A stretch of DNA of 51,232 nucleotides from Nemertoderma westbladi (taxonomy: Eukaryota > Animalia > Xenacoelomorpha), in assembly GCA_032718475.1 (NCBI GenBank), contig JAUCBJ010007269.1, forward strand, positions 1 through 51,232, written 5' to 3'. A program made the translations under genes and the position numbers. This document shows positions 30,910-43,330 of this stretch, in pieces. The notes beneath the pieces are model-generated. The model had not been told where the DNA came from and ran no database searches. It saw nothing but the letters and a program-made list of their open reading frames with translations. Within the stretch, counting starts at the first letter, position 1; every line of letters begins with the position of its first letter.

Positions 30910-31900
30910 AATGTGTTCAAACTTAATTGATACCAAAATTTTGATTTTGGGACCAAGGGAAGTAATGCCTCAGGCACATGGCCAGAACCTAATCTGTGGC
31001 GCATGTGACTTTTATTCTCAATTTTCGCGATAGCCAACTTTGAGTTCTCGTACTGCATTAATATTATGCTCATTAGAACCGCAAATTCCGATTTAGTGGG
31101 GGTAGACAACTTCAAAACAAACGTAGAGCGAATAGTTCTTGAGATATTGCAGAAAATGTCTGGCACAAGTCTACATTATTACCGCCTTGATGCGATATGG
31201 ACAAATCCTCAAAAAATTATATTTTGAATTATCTCAAGGAATCAAGAATATACACATCACAGAAATGATCGATGTGGTGGGTGTAGACGCCTTTAAAATA
31301 AGAGTAGAGTCATTAGTTCTTGAGTTATTTTACAAAATGTCAAGACTATGTCACCAATTGATATTTTATATTGAGTTGACCATGGAATACTAAATATATA
31401 TATATACATACATACATACAATATATATACATAAATATACATATATATTTAGTATTCCATGAGTTGACCCATTCCAGACATTTTATACAAAAACTACAGA
31501 TAACTAATCGCTACTCTTTAATTTTGAAGGTGTCTGTATACACTAAATCAATTCGTTGCAATTCGTACATTTTTAGTGTATTTGTCTAAAAATCATCGAA
31601 GTCACTATAATGTTCACTTGTGCCGGACTTAACATTTTCTGCGATATCTCAAGAACTATTCGCTCTATGCTTGTTTTGATGGTGTCTACCCCCACTAAAT
31701 CGGTCTGTGGTTCTAATGAGCATAATATTAATGCAGTACAGTAGGAGAACTAAAAGTTGTTCATCGCGAAAATTAAGAATAAAAGTCACTTGCGCCAAAG
31801 AGTAGGTTCTGGCCATGTGCCAGTGGCACTAGTTCACTTGATCCAAACATTAAAATTTTGTTATCTAACTAAGTTTGGACCCATTTGATGACATTTGATG
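30910..31900. mobile_element. Foldback-like element with ~260-bp inverted arms
   Basis: About 30913-31170 is an imperfect reverse complement of about 31616-31880 (e.g. GGCACATGGCCAGAACCTA / TAGGTTCTGGCCATGTGCC). The same family occurs at 46200-46810. Confidence 0.75.
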
Positions 31901-32186
31901 CATGCAGGAAGTTCTTTTTTGAGTCATTGATCTTTCATCAATGTGTTATATTGTTATACATTTCATTATGGTGCATCGCGATGGCACAAAATTTCAACCC
32001 CCTTGGGATCCGTGAAGATATAGACGAAATTTTAAGAAATTTATTTTGCCTTATTTTTTTACCATTTGGCAACTTTTGCGCAGCGGTAGAACAACGAAAT
32101 CGAGAAAAAATAAAAAACGCACCGCCCTAATACATTCCGGCACCACAATAAACCCACCCATATAACATACAACTAACACAACTAAC

Positions 32187-32339
32187 CCGCCCATAGTACG
32201 TCCATCCCCGTTGTGTGACCATTACATAACGGCGTATCCAAACAGATGTCGGCCAGTTGGCCGCGACGAATGTGTTCCTCTTTGGTGGCCACGGCGGAGA
32301 ATAGTATCCGACCGGGTTGTAGGCCGTGTATCTTTGTCG
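32187..32339 (-). CDS. OGT: OGT internal exon (catalytic domain)
   Basis: Acceptor TATTATTGCAG, donor GTTAGT; 153 bp, phase 1-1. Encodes [52 protein letters not shown]. Confidence 0.95.
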
Positions 32340-33494
32340 CTGCAATAATAGCAATCGCGTTACAGATGTACCGTCGTATACCGGTCACTTTGTAAGTGTA
32401 AAAAAGTAAAAGAAACGATGTAATGTAAATCAGATCATTACAATCAAAAATAATTAGTTATACAACATTACAAAATTTATATATCAATAGCTAAACAAGT
32501 TTAAAAGTAATTAAGTACAGTAATAGAAATTTCTTTATAAAAAAAGAAAGTTGCACTTTTTTGACCTCCTTATAATCCACATTTTCGAGGAAATGCTACT
32601 ATTTCGAGGAAATGCGAATTATAAGGAGGACAAAAATGACTTTTAACCATAAATTGTTACTTTTTCGCTCGAATATACCTCAAAATCGGGAGAAAACATT
32701 TCACTTTTTTTCCCTAGGGAAAAAAAGTAACCCTTGGGATTGCATTGATTTTACTTTTTTTCCCGGCGCAAAAAGTTAAGTAAAATATTTTTGGGGGAAT
32801 TTCTTAAATTTTATTACATGTATTGAAAGAGCATTGGCGTAGAAAAGGTTTGCAAGTAATTTGAGCAAAATCCATTCACACCCAAAAGTTATTGCAACTT
32901 TAGTGTCGAGGTGTACACCAAAACGGAACTCAATATCCAATATTGGTTTATGTAGTTAAGCGATTCTCTAGTTACGTAATAAATATTCGAGAACACTAAA
33001 TTATTGTAACATTGAGTAAGGCAGCATCGAGAGTTGAAGAGTACAATAATTTGAATTTCAGTAACTATGGAAGCAATGTAGTAAAATACTATATTCAATT
33101 TATTTTGTAACACTAAATCGCTCTATGTTTTAATAAAGATATTTAGCAACAACAAAAAGTACCAATTTAAGAATAAAATTACGTATTACATGGGAAAAAA
33201 ATCATAGAACATTTTTTTTCAATATTCTCTCGACCCTTTATTAACCTCGCTGACGCTCGGTAAGTAAAATGCCTTCTAGAATAGTGAAAAAAAGTTTTTT
33301 TAAACTTTTTTCAAATGTAAAAAATAATCATCTTATTGAAAAAGATGTAGTCTTCTTTAAAATATTAAATTTTGAATTATAAGCTTAAAGTAACATAGTA
33401 ATTTTATTTGAGATCAATTCTGCACCATATTATAATTAGATAATACTAGCTAATTTTTAAAGCAACAGTTAAGCCAGACAGTATTAGCAAGCAA

Positions 33495-33887
33495 ACCAGT
33501 ACAGTAAACCTATAACCTAACAGGGCAGTACAGTAAACCTATAACCTACCGTGGCAGTACAGTAAACCTATAACCTACCGTGGCAGTACAGTAAACCTAT
33601 AACCTACCGTGGCAGTACAGTAAACCTATAACCTACCGTGGCAGTACAGTAAACCTATAACCTACCGTGGCAGTACAGTAAACCTATAACCTACCGTGGC
33701 AGTACAGTAAACCTATAACCTACCGTGGCAGTACAGTAAACCTATAACCTACCAGGGCAGTACAGTCTATAACCTACCGTGGCAGTACAGTAAACCTATA
33801 ACCTACCGTGGCAGTACAGTAAACCTATAACCTACCGTGGCAGTACAGTAAACCTATAACCTACCGTGGCAGTACAGTAAACCTATA
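33495..33887. repeat. 29-bp minisatellite, distal part (~13 units)
   Basis: Unit AACCTATAACCTACCGTGGCAGTACAGTA; continues at 47651-47751 on the other side of the hAT insertion. Confidence 0.95.
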
Positions 33888-34242
33888 CAGGCCCGTATGG
33901 TGATCATAATATCTGGGGGGGCAGAAGCCAAATCTGGGGGGGCAAACCCATAACTGGGATTTGGGGAGCATACAAAAAAGTGAGAGTTAATTTAGTACAT
34001 AAAGTAAAATCAATATTGTTGAAAGGTGTGTGGGGCGAGCCACGAAGTTGGCGGAACCTAGGCGAATTGACACTGTTAAGCAGAATGTCAATAATGGCAA
34101 ATAGTTGTTGACGTAACTATTTTGACATTAAATAACTTGGTCAGATTTAAAGCTGTCGAATTGAAAATTTGTAGGCATAAATATGTCCAAAACCTGACAT
34201 TATTTAGCGACTTTTGACCCCAACAGTTCAAGTCTCCCGCTA

Positions 34243-35473
34243 TGTAAAAGCTTTTACTGAATTGTCCGGTTATTTTTCCTTATTTTTCCCGTAAAGTACT
34301 CTGTAGTTGGTTTACCAGGCATAAAAAGGCCGTGTCCTTGCTGTACTGGTGTTTTAGCGGACATAAGAGCTATTTCTTCTGTATTTGTACTTTAGAGGAC
34401 ATAATCCGTAATTCCGTGACGTAAAAGCTCGATACTCTTGAAAACAGTGTCGCTACCATGACGACGGCTAGCAGCTGATATTGCCACGTCCACCTTTCTT
34501 TGTTTCTCTGTTCTCTCGTTGTTCATGTTGACCAATCAGAGCGTTTGTGATCTCTGTGTTGGAGGTATATACAGAAACTCAGTAGTTCAGTGTTATGTTT
34601 TTGTCCAGAGCCTAAGAACCGGCTTTGGCACCTCCGTGTTTTAGTTTTTAGTCTTACACTAGTAGGTTTAATTATAAAGGGCATATATCCTTTAACGCAC
34701 CTACCTGACTCATGGAATCACTGCATACTGATGACTGATGTCTGTATACTGCAGTACTGCATACACTGCATACTGTGTAACATTGTGCATACCTTTATAT
34801 TGTTATACTGCTATTAACCGTCAGTTCTTCATAATATGGTTGATGAATAATTATATTTGGAATAACGATAAACAACCCCGAAACCCAATATTCTTGATAT
34901 ACCGAAGGTAAGAGAGAAGGGTTACAGATAAACGATTGTGACTTATGTTAAAGTGGTTTGAAGTGAATCTAATGTTATTTGATAGACCCTACATGAGTCA
35001 GTCTGTGTTCCTTTTATATGTGACTAAAATCAGTGAAGATTGGCAGATTAGTGTGCAGTATTGTGCAGCATTGTGTATGAGTGAGTCTGTTAAAGAAGCA
35101 ATTCCTAAAGAATGCGCCATATATGTGAATTATAATTAAGCCATATCGTTGTGAGTAGTTTAAGTCATAACTCTGTTTATATAGATAAAGCGCCACGTCC
35201 TAAAGGAACTGTTAATATTACCGAAGGTGAATAATATTGTCAGAGATTATATAATACTGTCAGTCGAATAATACATTAGGCTTACATAGCAATACAAATT
35301 AAACCGTCGAACCCAATCTCCCGGGAATATCCAGCGGGTGAATGGTCGCGCACGGATTGGTTTCGACTAGTGTAGTGAATCAAATACTTGTCATAGACTA
35401 AAAAGCAGATTTATTATCTAGAAGACATTCTAATTTGGCGGGTTAAACTGCCAAAGGTCTGAAAGCGCGAACA
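34243..35473 (+). repeat. 5' LTR of element B
   Basis: TGTAAAAGC...GCGCGAACA. Only two differences from the 3' LTR were seen by eye (CCACGTCCACC vs CCACGTCGACG). CCAAT at about 34532, TATATA at 34566, TCAGT at 34579 and 34587. Confidence 0.97.
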
Positions 35474-35744
35474 TTAAAGGATATTGCTTCTTTATTGCAG
35501 TAAGCAATAAAGTCGAAAGTACCGGTCGACCGGTAACCAGTAGGCCTGACTGCCTGATCATCCGGACCGGTACCTACAGCAGTATTATTCGATTTTGATA
35601 ATTATATACCGGTAGGCCTTAATAATTAATCAGGGAGGGCCCGCCCTGGTTTTTTATTGAGTTTTTACTTATTTCTGTCAAGTTTTATTTATTTGTAGGC
35701 CAGTATTGAACAGAAGGCGTGTAAACCTGATCAGATTGTACAGA

Positions 35745-36312
35745 CAATTTGTAGGCTGAGCTGTTGTCTGATTGCTGTTAAGTCCGAACGAATTGCAGTG
35801 TGTGTAGAGCACTTGTCCGATTAAGTACGGTTAGGAAGTAGGGGCAGCCACGCTGTAAGGTAAACCCCCAACTAAAGAATAAGTCGCACTACTGGGTTAG
35901 AGCGCATACTCCCTAATCATTTCGGAGTCTGCATGTCCTGTATTTTATTTAGGCTTGAGAGTAGTCTGCCATCGTTTAGTCTGTACTTTGTTTGTGTAAG
36001 TCTGTACGGGTAGCGTATAATTTTATTTAGATAATTTGTAGGCTGGATAGTTGTCTGGCTGTTATTAAGTCTGAGCGGATTGCCGCGTGTGTAGATCATC
36101 TGTCCGATTAAGTACGATTAGGCAGTAGGGGCAGCAACGCTGTAAGGTAAACCCCCAACTAAAGAATAAGTCGCACTACTGGGTTAGAGCGCATACTCCC
36201 TAATCATTTCGGAGTCTGCATATACCGTAGTTTGTTTAGGCTTGATAGTAGTCTGTCAGTGTTCGGTCTGTATTTTATTTGAGTAGTTTGTACGCGTAGC
36301 GTAATATTTATT
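35745..36312 (+). repeat. 287-bp tandem duplication in the 5' leader of element B with a nearly invariant core
   Basis: Copies start at about 35751 and 36038. The ~95-nt core GTAGGGGCAGC.ACGCTGTAAGG...CATTTCGGAGTCTGCAT is essentially identical while the flanks are diverged. Confidence 0.9.
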
Positions 36313-37632
36313 ATTCAGAGTTTATGCGATTATTCGCAACATTCATTCCCTAAGTTTGTTCCTACAGTAATTGTGTTTGTTATACATACCGTTATAGTTA
36401 AATTAACCCCGGTACTATACGGGCTGCTCGGCGTAGGTAAAGACTGGTGATTTTGTGCATCGGTCACTCCAGCAGATGCCGTGGTTCTTTTAGCTGTTCA
36501 AGTATATTTAACTACTGATTATTTGTTGTACAAGTACTCGTACCTAATTTAGGGTTTAGTGTACAGTGCTTTCCCGAAGTAATTATTGTAGCCATTATAT
36601 TTGTGTTGTAAAGTGGTTGATAGGCACATTCGATTAGCTCTATTAACTTCTAGGTAGGAACACTCCGTGATACATAACGTAGAACCTATAGCGATACGGC
36701 TATAGGTCGTCAGGCGGTGGTATTTTCCTATCTAGACAACGCAGTGTATTTGCTACTACTTATTATTTCAAATACCGTAGTACCCTGTCCGCTGTAATAA
36801 TCAGTTTTCTAACCCTTTGTTAGGCTGGTTTGTAGACTTCTTGTAAAATTACCCTAAAAATTCGTATTTTGTGTTTTTTTGTAAATTTTTGTGTTTATTT
36901 AGAGATTGTAATCTCACCCGAATTGTACGTAATTTGTAGTATTAAGTAACTTAGGTAAATTAGAATTATTTGTTTTAGTGTCTCATAAGTAACACTTCAC
37001 TGAAAGCGCACCGCTTTGTGTAGTGATTACTCCCCAGAAATAATAACATTTATTTCAAACATTGGCAAAACCCATTAAAACGGGTATATATAAATTATAA
37101 ATCAAATCTAACGATTTATAAATAGTAGGCCTACCATATAACAATTAGGTCTCAATATCAGTTGGATTACTGCTCAAATAACGGTAATAAAGTAAGTAAA
37201 GTAACAAAGTAACCCTAAAGTAACAGAAATTCAATTATTTGAAATAATTGATATACCGGTATTTACGATAGGCCTATTATCTTTATTTCTATAAATCTAG
37301 GCTGAAATTGTACCGGTACTTGTAATTAATTCTATTTCAGAATTATATATCCTACAAACTGTAAGCTGTATACCGGTATTCCGATAGGCCTATTATATAT
37401 TTATATATATTTGTGCTAAAATTATACCGGTGTTCTGTGATAAACCTGGTCTGTAATAATACTTATATAGTTATATATACTATAAGCATACCGGTATTCT
37501 AATATATTATATATATCACGCTACACTGAGTAGCAGTACCGATAATTAATTACTAGGCTATCAGTTAATACTGAGTTACTAGACTTGCTCAGACTGTAAT
37601 ACAGCAGTAGACATTCAACTGTACACACAAAC

Positions 37633-40600
37633 ATGTCTGACGCAAAGCAGAACCTGTCAGACAGTCTACTAGATACAACGGAGAGTGAAGCGACAGCAGA
37701 GAAACCGCATAAGAGGGATGCCATTGATATCTATCTGTCAGACTATCAGCGTTTTGTGGGAGATGAAGAGTTGAGGAGAAGACTAGAGGGACTTAGCCCT
37801 AATAGCGAAGGAGCCAAACTTGTGTTAGATGCGATTGATGTGGATAGGTTAGCGGCGAACCAAGCTAAATTCGATGAACAACTCCGCATCGCTAGAGAAA
37901 GGGAAGAACAAGTAAAGAAAAAACGCATAGAAGACAGAAAGAAAGCAGCAGTGGTAGCTGCAGAAGCAGAAAGAAAGGCGGCAGCGGCCAAGGCAAAAGC
38001 AGCAGAGGCAGCGGCAGAGGCAAAAGCGGCAGAGGCAGAGGCAGAGGCAGCGGCAGAGGCAAAAGTGGCAGAAGCAGAACGGAAAGCGGCTGAAGAAACC
38101 ACCCAATTAGAATTGGAAAACATTCAGGAGAATCAAGACTGCATAAATAAACAGTTAACAGCTAGTAATATGCAGATGATGAATCGATCTACTCCTAAAC
38201 GACAAGGTTATACATCATCCGAGGAAGGCGATACCACCGACACTGAAGGCGGAGTAAATCGATCCCGCTTAAGCAGACGTAAAAGAACATTCCACCGACC
38301 GAAATTGCCTGATTTGCCTCCAGCTGTTAGAAGGCAACTAAATAACAACAACTTAGAGAGTACAGAACCCACAGACCAAATAATTACAATAGAAAGACTC
38401 CCTACTATAGTAGATGAGCCTGAAATAATTAGGCCTGTTCTTGAAATCACCCCTTCGGTGATAGACATACCTGTGCTCCCTGAAACTACCTCTAAATTCC
38501 CTCTGCATAGCACTAAGCTACCTGTGCCCCGCAGAACTGCCCAGGAGACAGTTCAGGTCCTGGACCCCGAGCGAAATATTCACAATTTGTCGCCCGTTGT
38601 CCCTCGTCCGCCCGCTACGACGTTGGCGGATCCCGTTTCGGCGGTTGATTGGGTAGACGAGAGACGGCGGGGGATGGATATCCTGCTCGGGCAGATGCAG
38701 GAGACTGTCCAGCAATTCAAGGGCACAGTAAGGGAAAGTAGGCTAGAGTTGCAAGAAGTGCAACAAAGTATCGCGCTTGAACGCGATAAATTAGTAAACA
38801 CCCAAAAGGGTATACCACCACCCTCTGTAACAATGTGTCAACCCGTTAGGTCTGAAGTATCTCATGCGCAAGGTGTGGAGCCTACACGCATATATACTGC
38901 TAGCGAAGTAGAAACTCCTATAGTGAACCCTATTAAGGGTAATTATAGACCTGTTGATAATGACATTCCCTATAGACCTGATCATAATCCGAGAAATTTA
39001 TATACCGATAACTCGATATTAAATAACACGATGGCCCAAGAAAGTTTTACGCGTCAAATGGCTAGAACCGAAGCCCGGCAAGCGGTGAAGGTGGGAGAGA
39101 TAGTCAAATTCAATGGAGATGAGATGAAATGGTTACCTTTTAATGAATATTACAAAGATAACATACAGAACTCTGTACTATCTAATGGAGAAAAACTTAG
39201 ATACCTCATCGAGTGCTTGGAAGGATCTCCCAAGTTAATGGCGTTAAAGTTTATTGGACATCCAGACGGATTAAGACAAGTTTGGGACACGCTAAACATC
39301 AGGTATGGTAATAGGACTAACATAGCTAGGTATTTATATGCGAAATTAATGGCGCCCCGAAAGTTTCTTAGCAGCGGGATTATAGAGTTTTCCGATGAGA
39401 TTCAGGAGATCTGTAGACAACTAGATTGGTTAGGTAAGTCTCATGAATACCAGAATTCTATGGTTGTAGGATCCTTAGCATCTTCTTTGCCCAAGGGTGG
39501 AGTAGGTACACGCTGGGACAAGAAGGTGTTATATATGATGGAACAACAACAACGAGACCCTACCATGGCTGATCTCATGTCATTCTTGGATGGAGAAGTG
39601 AAATTGCAACTCCTAAGGCAGTCCAGAGAGAAGACATTGGAAAACAAGGTAAGTGAGAAACCCGTTTCTAGGAGAAGGGTAATACCAGTATGTTATACCG
39701 ACGACGGTGAAAGCCAAACTTCTCAAGGAGAGGACAGCGGGAAAGACACTGACAGATCTTATGTCAATAAAATGCCTAAAGATCAGGTAAGTAAATCCAA
39801 GTCTCGACCCAATGACAGAAGGGAACCGGTACAAAAAACCCCTCCTACGTCTCCTAAAGGAATTCAGGTGAGAAAGCCCGAGGAAAGAACAAGTGTGCAC
39901 CACATAGCACAGGTTAAAGTAAGTAACATCAAGCCGAAATGTGTGCTGTGCGACGGGCCCCACCGTTTAAATGCGTGTGATAAATTCCTGAGGAAATCAC
40001 TCGAGGATAGACGTGAAGTCATGTGGGATAAGCGGTTGTGTTATAATTGCCTCAGACGAGGACACCAACGGCGAACCTGTAACTCCGACGCAAGGTGTGC
40101 AAAGTGCGGCGCAAAACATCATATCTTGTTGCACACGGAATTCGAACGAAACAGCCCGAGTCAGGTAAGTGAGTCCGAACTACATGTCCAATTCAGTGAT
40201 GTGAACGACACTGATCAATCTGAGATGGAAGGATTCTATACGGACGAGTTCTCCGACCAAAACGAATCCTGTTACCTAATAAACACCACCGCAGTGTATC
40301 GAGCACTCGTGTATGAGAAAGACACAGACAGCGACCTTACCTTAACTACTTCCGATCAACAACCATCTTGGAAAGCGCCAACTTCCAATATAGGAATCCG
40401 AGAATTTCCTGTAGTCCAGTTACGGGTCCACGGACCTCAGAAGAGCTATATAGTGAACGCCCTCCTGGACTCCGGTAGCACAGGAACATTCATCGATAGG
40501 GAACTAGCCGAAGTCATCTTTGCTGGACAACCCAAGTTCCGAACCAAGCTAAACATGTCAGGGATCATGCAAGTTTGGAATTCTACTGTAGCTGCCGACT

Positions 40601-41679
40601 ATTATATAGGTGAGTTGTCCACCCCCCAGGACGAACTAGGAGAACATAGCATCAGGTCAGTGAAAATGGTGGCTATAAAGAACTTCGCTACTACTCAAGC
40701 AGACCTTTATAATTGGGACGAGGATGAGAGCATCCAACATCTTAACATACCTCGATTCCAGACTGATTATCCTGGAGTGCAAATACTCATCGGCCAAAAC
40801 GCGCATGAGGCGCTGGAGACATTAGAGAAACGACCTGCTCAACCGCAACCACTTCAGCCCTATGCGGTAAGAACTAGAGTAGGTTGGTACCTTACTGGAC
40901 CTTCCCGTAGAACGCTCAGAGAAAGACTGCTTCAAGATCGCGTCTGCCAGCGGAGTAAATGGGAAGATGATACTAGTGAGGGAGACGACCCAACTGAGGG
41001 AACACCATACTCCTCAGATAATGACGATATTAGCTCCAATTTAGATCAATGGAGATATTGTCCCAAGAAGTTTAATCCAACGGACATCGCTTCCAGAGGA
41101 GTAACTCCTCAAGAACTGACAGATACTACAGACCGGTTAGGTGAACCCGACTTCCTGAGTAAGGAGAATGAATGGCCTCCCCATCTTACTCCGACTGAGA
41201 TTAGACCAGCCAAGGGAGCGGAGAAAGTCGAACCTGAAACCCGGACGGGTGGATCGGAGTTATTTGAACCCGGGATAGATCTGTCGGTATTACATGTTGC
41301 CAGGGATGACGCCGTGGATCTGGGCCTCCCCACCGCGAGTGGATCCTTCATGAAGATCAGAGAGAGCGATTGGAGCTCTGGAACATCAGACGTCTCGCAG
41401 GGACTCTCACCTCTCCTGCAGAGAGCGACGGACCACTATAGCTCCTGGAATCGGCTTTGTGACGCCGTCATATACTTTGAGCGATGTTTCTATCGTCACT
41501 ATTCCAGGACGAAGAGGAAACCTGGAATTGTATTCAGGATGCAGCGACTCAATCACCCAGTCGGTCGTTTGTGTTTACCGGAAGGGAATGGAGGACTCTC
41601 CGGAAACTGTGGAAGGCAAGATTCTCATCCCACGACCACCTCCCTAATCCTTCAAACATCTAGGGACTCCATAACGTAG
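37633..41679 (+). CDS. Gag-protease polyprotein, 1348 aa, with in-frame deletions of RT/RNase H and integrase
   Basis: Colinear with element A from AEKP..RDAIDIY to TPYSSDNDDI, then jumps to DQWR.CP..NP.DIASRG (junction about 41031) and from YSRTK to KPGI (junction about 41514). Zinc motifs and ALLDSGS are intact; there is no YMDD and no DDE core. Confidence 0.93.
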   Translation: MSDAKQNLSDSLLDTTESEATAEKPHKRDAIDIYLSDYQRFVGDEELRRRLEGLSPNSEGAKLVLDAIDVDRLAANQAKFDEQLRIAREREEQVKKKRIEDRKKAAVVAAEAERKAAAAKAKAAEAAAEAKAAEAEAEAAAEAKVAEAERKAAEETTQLELENIQENQDCINKQLTASNMQMMNRSTPKRQGYTSSEEGDTTDTEGGVNRSRLSRRKRTFHRPKLPDLPPAVRRQLNNNNLESTEPTDQIITIERLPTIVDEPEIIRPVLEITPSVIDIPVLPETTSKFPLHSTKLPVPRRTAQETVQVLDPERNIHNLSPVVPRPPATTLADPVSAVDWVDERRRGMDILLGQMQETVQQFKGTVRESRLELQEVQQSIALERDKLVNTQKGIPPPSVTMCQPVRSEVSHAQGVEPTRIYTASEVETPIVNPIKGNYRPVDNDIPYRPDHNPRNLYTDNSILNNTMAQESFTRQMARTEARQAVKVGEIVKFNGDEMKWLPFNEYYKDNIQNSVLSNGEKLRYLIECLEGSPKLMALKFIGHPDGLRQVWDTLNIRYGNRTNIARYLYAKLMAPRKFLSSGIIEFSDEIQEICRQLDWLGKSHEYQNSMVVGSLASSLPKGGVGTRWDKKVLYMMEQQQRDPTMADLMSFLDGEVKLQLLRQSREKTLENKVSEKPVSRRRVIPVCYTDDGESQTSQGEDSGKDTDRSYVNKMPKDQVSKSKSRPNDRREPVQKTPPTSPKGIQVRKPEERTSVHHIAQVKVSNIKPKCVLCDGPHRLNACDKFLRKSLEDRREVMWDKRLCYNCLRRGHQRRTCNSDARCAKCGAKHHILLHTEFERNSPSQVSESELHVQFSDVNDTDQSEMEGFYTDEFSDQNESCYLINTTAVYRALVYEKDTDSDLTLTTSDQQPSWKAPTSNIGIREFPVVQLRVHGPQKSYIVNALLDSGSTGTFIDRELAEVIFAGQPKFRTKLNMSGIMQVWNSTVAADYYIGELSTPQDELGEHSIRSVKMVAIKNFATTQADLYNWDEDESIQHLNIPRFQTDYPGVQILIGQNAHEALETLEKRPAQPQPLQPYAVRTRVGWYLTGPSRRTLRERLLQDRVCQRSKWEDDTSEGDDPTEGTPYSSDNDDISSNLDQWRYCPKKFNPTDIASRGVTPQELTDTTDRLGEPDFLSKENEWPPHLTPTEIRPAKGAEKVEPETRTGGSELFEPGIDLSVLHVARDDAVDLGLPTASGSFMKIRESDWSSGTSDVSQGLSPLLQRATDHYSSWNRLCDAVIYFERCFYRHYSRTKRKPGIVFRMQRLNHPVGRLCLPEGNGGLSGNCGRQDSHPTTTSLILQTSRDSIT

Positions 41680-43330
41680 CAACATATGGAGTGGGTGTGT
41701 GACTCTATTATTTTATATTATATTATTATTTTTATATTTATGTATGTATTACTATGTAATTTTATTATAATCGTTTTATTTAATTTAGTAGAATATTATT
41801 TAGCGATTATTTTGTAGAATAGTGCAATATATTCGTGTTTATTACGTACGTAATTACTTATATTATATTTAGTGCGACGGCGAGAAATAATTATTTTTCT
41901 CTTTCCTTACTGCTCGTATTCTATTATAAATACGTAACTACAGTAAGATGAAATGTCCGTACTTATTAAAGTACAATAAAGCCACTACTATATTTAAGTA
42001 TTATTGGTAGGCAGAGTATTAGGAATGCAAAGTTCAGATCCTCGTGTCTCGGCTAAATCAAGCTCTGGGTAGACCTTGGAAACGACTTGCCTCTTCACAC
42101 TGACATTGCTTCGTGCGATATTGCTCTCATACCGTATATTAAATAATACATATAGTAGCGTGATGTCCCTTTAACAGTAGCGTATAACGCAAAATAAATC
42201 TGTTAAACCCTTTGACCATCTGTAATTCTAGTCGATTAAGATATCGCGGCACCCACCGATATACTTGAAAGACAAATTCTAGAATCAGTGGTTAACGTCC
42301 CCAGACAAGTTCTGGAATAAATCGGTGCCCATCTCAAATATTAATTATTTAATATTTGCAAATCTAATAAATCAAAATCTGTAAAATTCAGATCCTCCAA
42401 CAATTCTAGTCAATTAAGATATCGTAGCATTTACCGATATTCTTAAAAAAGACAATTGTCATAGAATTAAGGATCTTGTGTCCCTAGACATGTTCTAGAA
42501 TCAAAATATGTCAATTTAATTATCAAATAATAAAATTTCAGGGAATAAATTTAAATTCATGCCTTTTAATGAATTTAATAAATTGCCATTTTTACGCAAT
42601 TTATAACATTCCCAAAATTCCATTAATTAATAGATCAAGGGAGCGGAGATTTATCTTATTATGTGTATGAGTGTGCGAAAGTCTCCCAAACATAGTCAAT
42701 AGCCGATAAAATTCATAAAGTCATGTATAAACAGAACATTGACTATTAAAGAATACTATTAAATAACATCCCAGATCTGTATGCATTGGAATTGCTCTAA
42801 TTCTATCGCTAGCTTTGCATAATGTCACCATAGCAACAACCACGCTAGAATTAGAATTGAGTTAAAAGAACAATAGAAAGCTTGTCCCATTGAATAGCAT
42901 AGGGAATAAATAGTGCACTGATAGTATCCAAGGATACATAATAATATAGTGACATTCTGGAAGGCATTGACTAACGGACAAGTGACCCGAGTGTGTATAA
43001 TTTGTGACAAGTTGTGTGTGTGGTACTTGTGAGTTTATAGGCGAATGTTACTACTAAGGTGTGTTTACAGTAGCTAGTCGCAATCGTAAAAGTAACCTAA
43101 CTCTCCAAGGAAAACCTGAAGTACATCTAAGCCTTTGGGACGGACAGTCGAGTGACTTGTGCCGGTTGTCGTTGTCGTTGTGCGGCTACGTCGTTGGCGA
43201 AAGTACAGCGGCGACGACACATCGGCGCTGAGGATCTCGTACTGTCCGGGGGTTAATTGGAGTAGGCAGCGACGCTCGCTAGCCTGAATATAAACTCCTT
43301 ATAATGTGGATAAACTCATATATAGCAGAC
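41680..43330 (+). other. Conserved 3' non-coding region of element B with predicted RNA structures
   Basis: Colinear with 14454-16073 (reverse complement). About 41930-42330 is nearly identical. Duplicated hairpin modules at about 42197-42505; long stem-loop at 43141-43248 and hairpin at 43264-43285. Confidence 0.85.

Noticed and set aside
32510-33400. Possible additional DNA element (hairpin CCTCCTTATAAT...ATTATAAGGAGG; CCTCGCTGACGCTCGG motif)
   Set aside because: Could not define termini or a TSD with enough confidence to call.
34590-35196. Short ORFs duplicated at 45087-45693
   Set aside because: Duplicated only because they lie in the LTRs; no coding features, and no matching ORF is listed for the element A LTR.
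41025-41520. Deletions in element B as products of splicing of element A RNA
   Set aside because: The corresponding breakpoints in element A do not show GT donors; recombination or template-switch deletion is more plausible.
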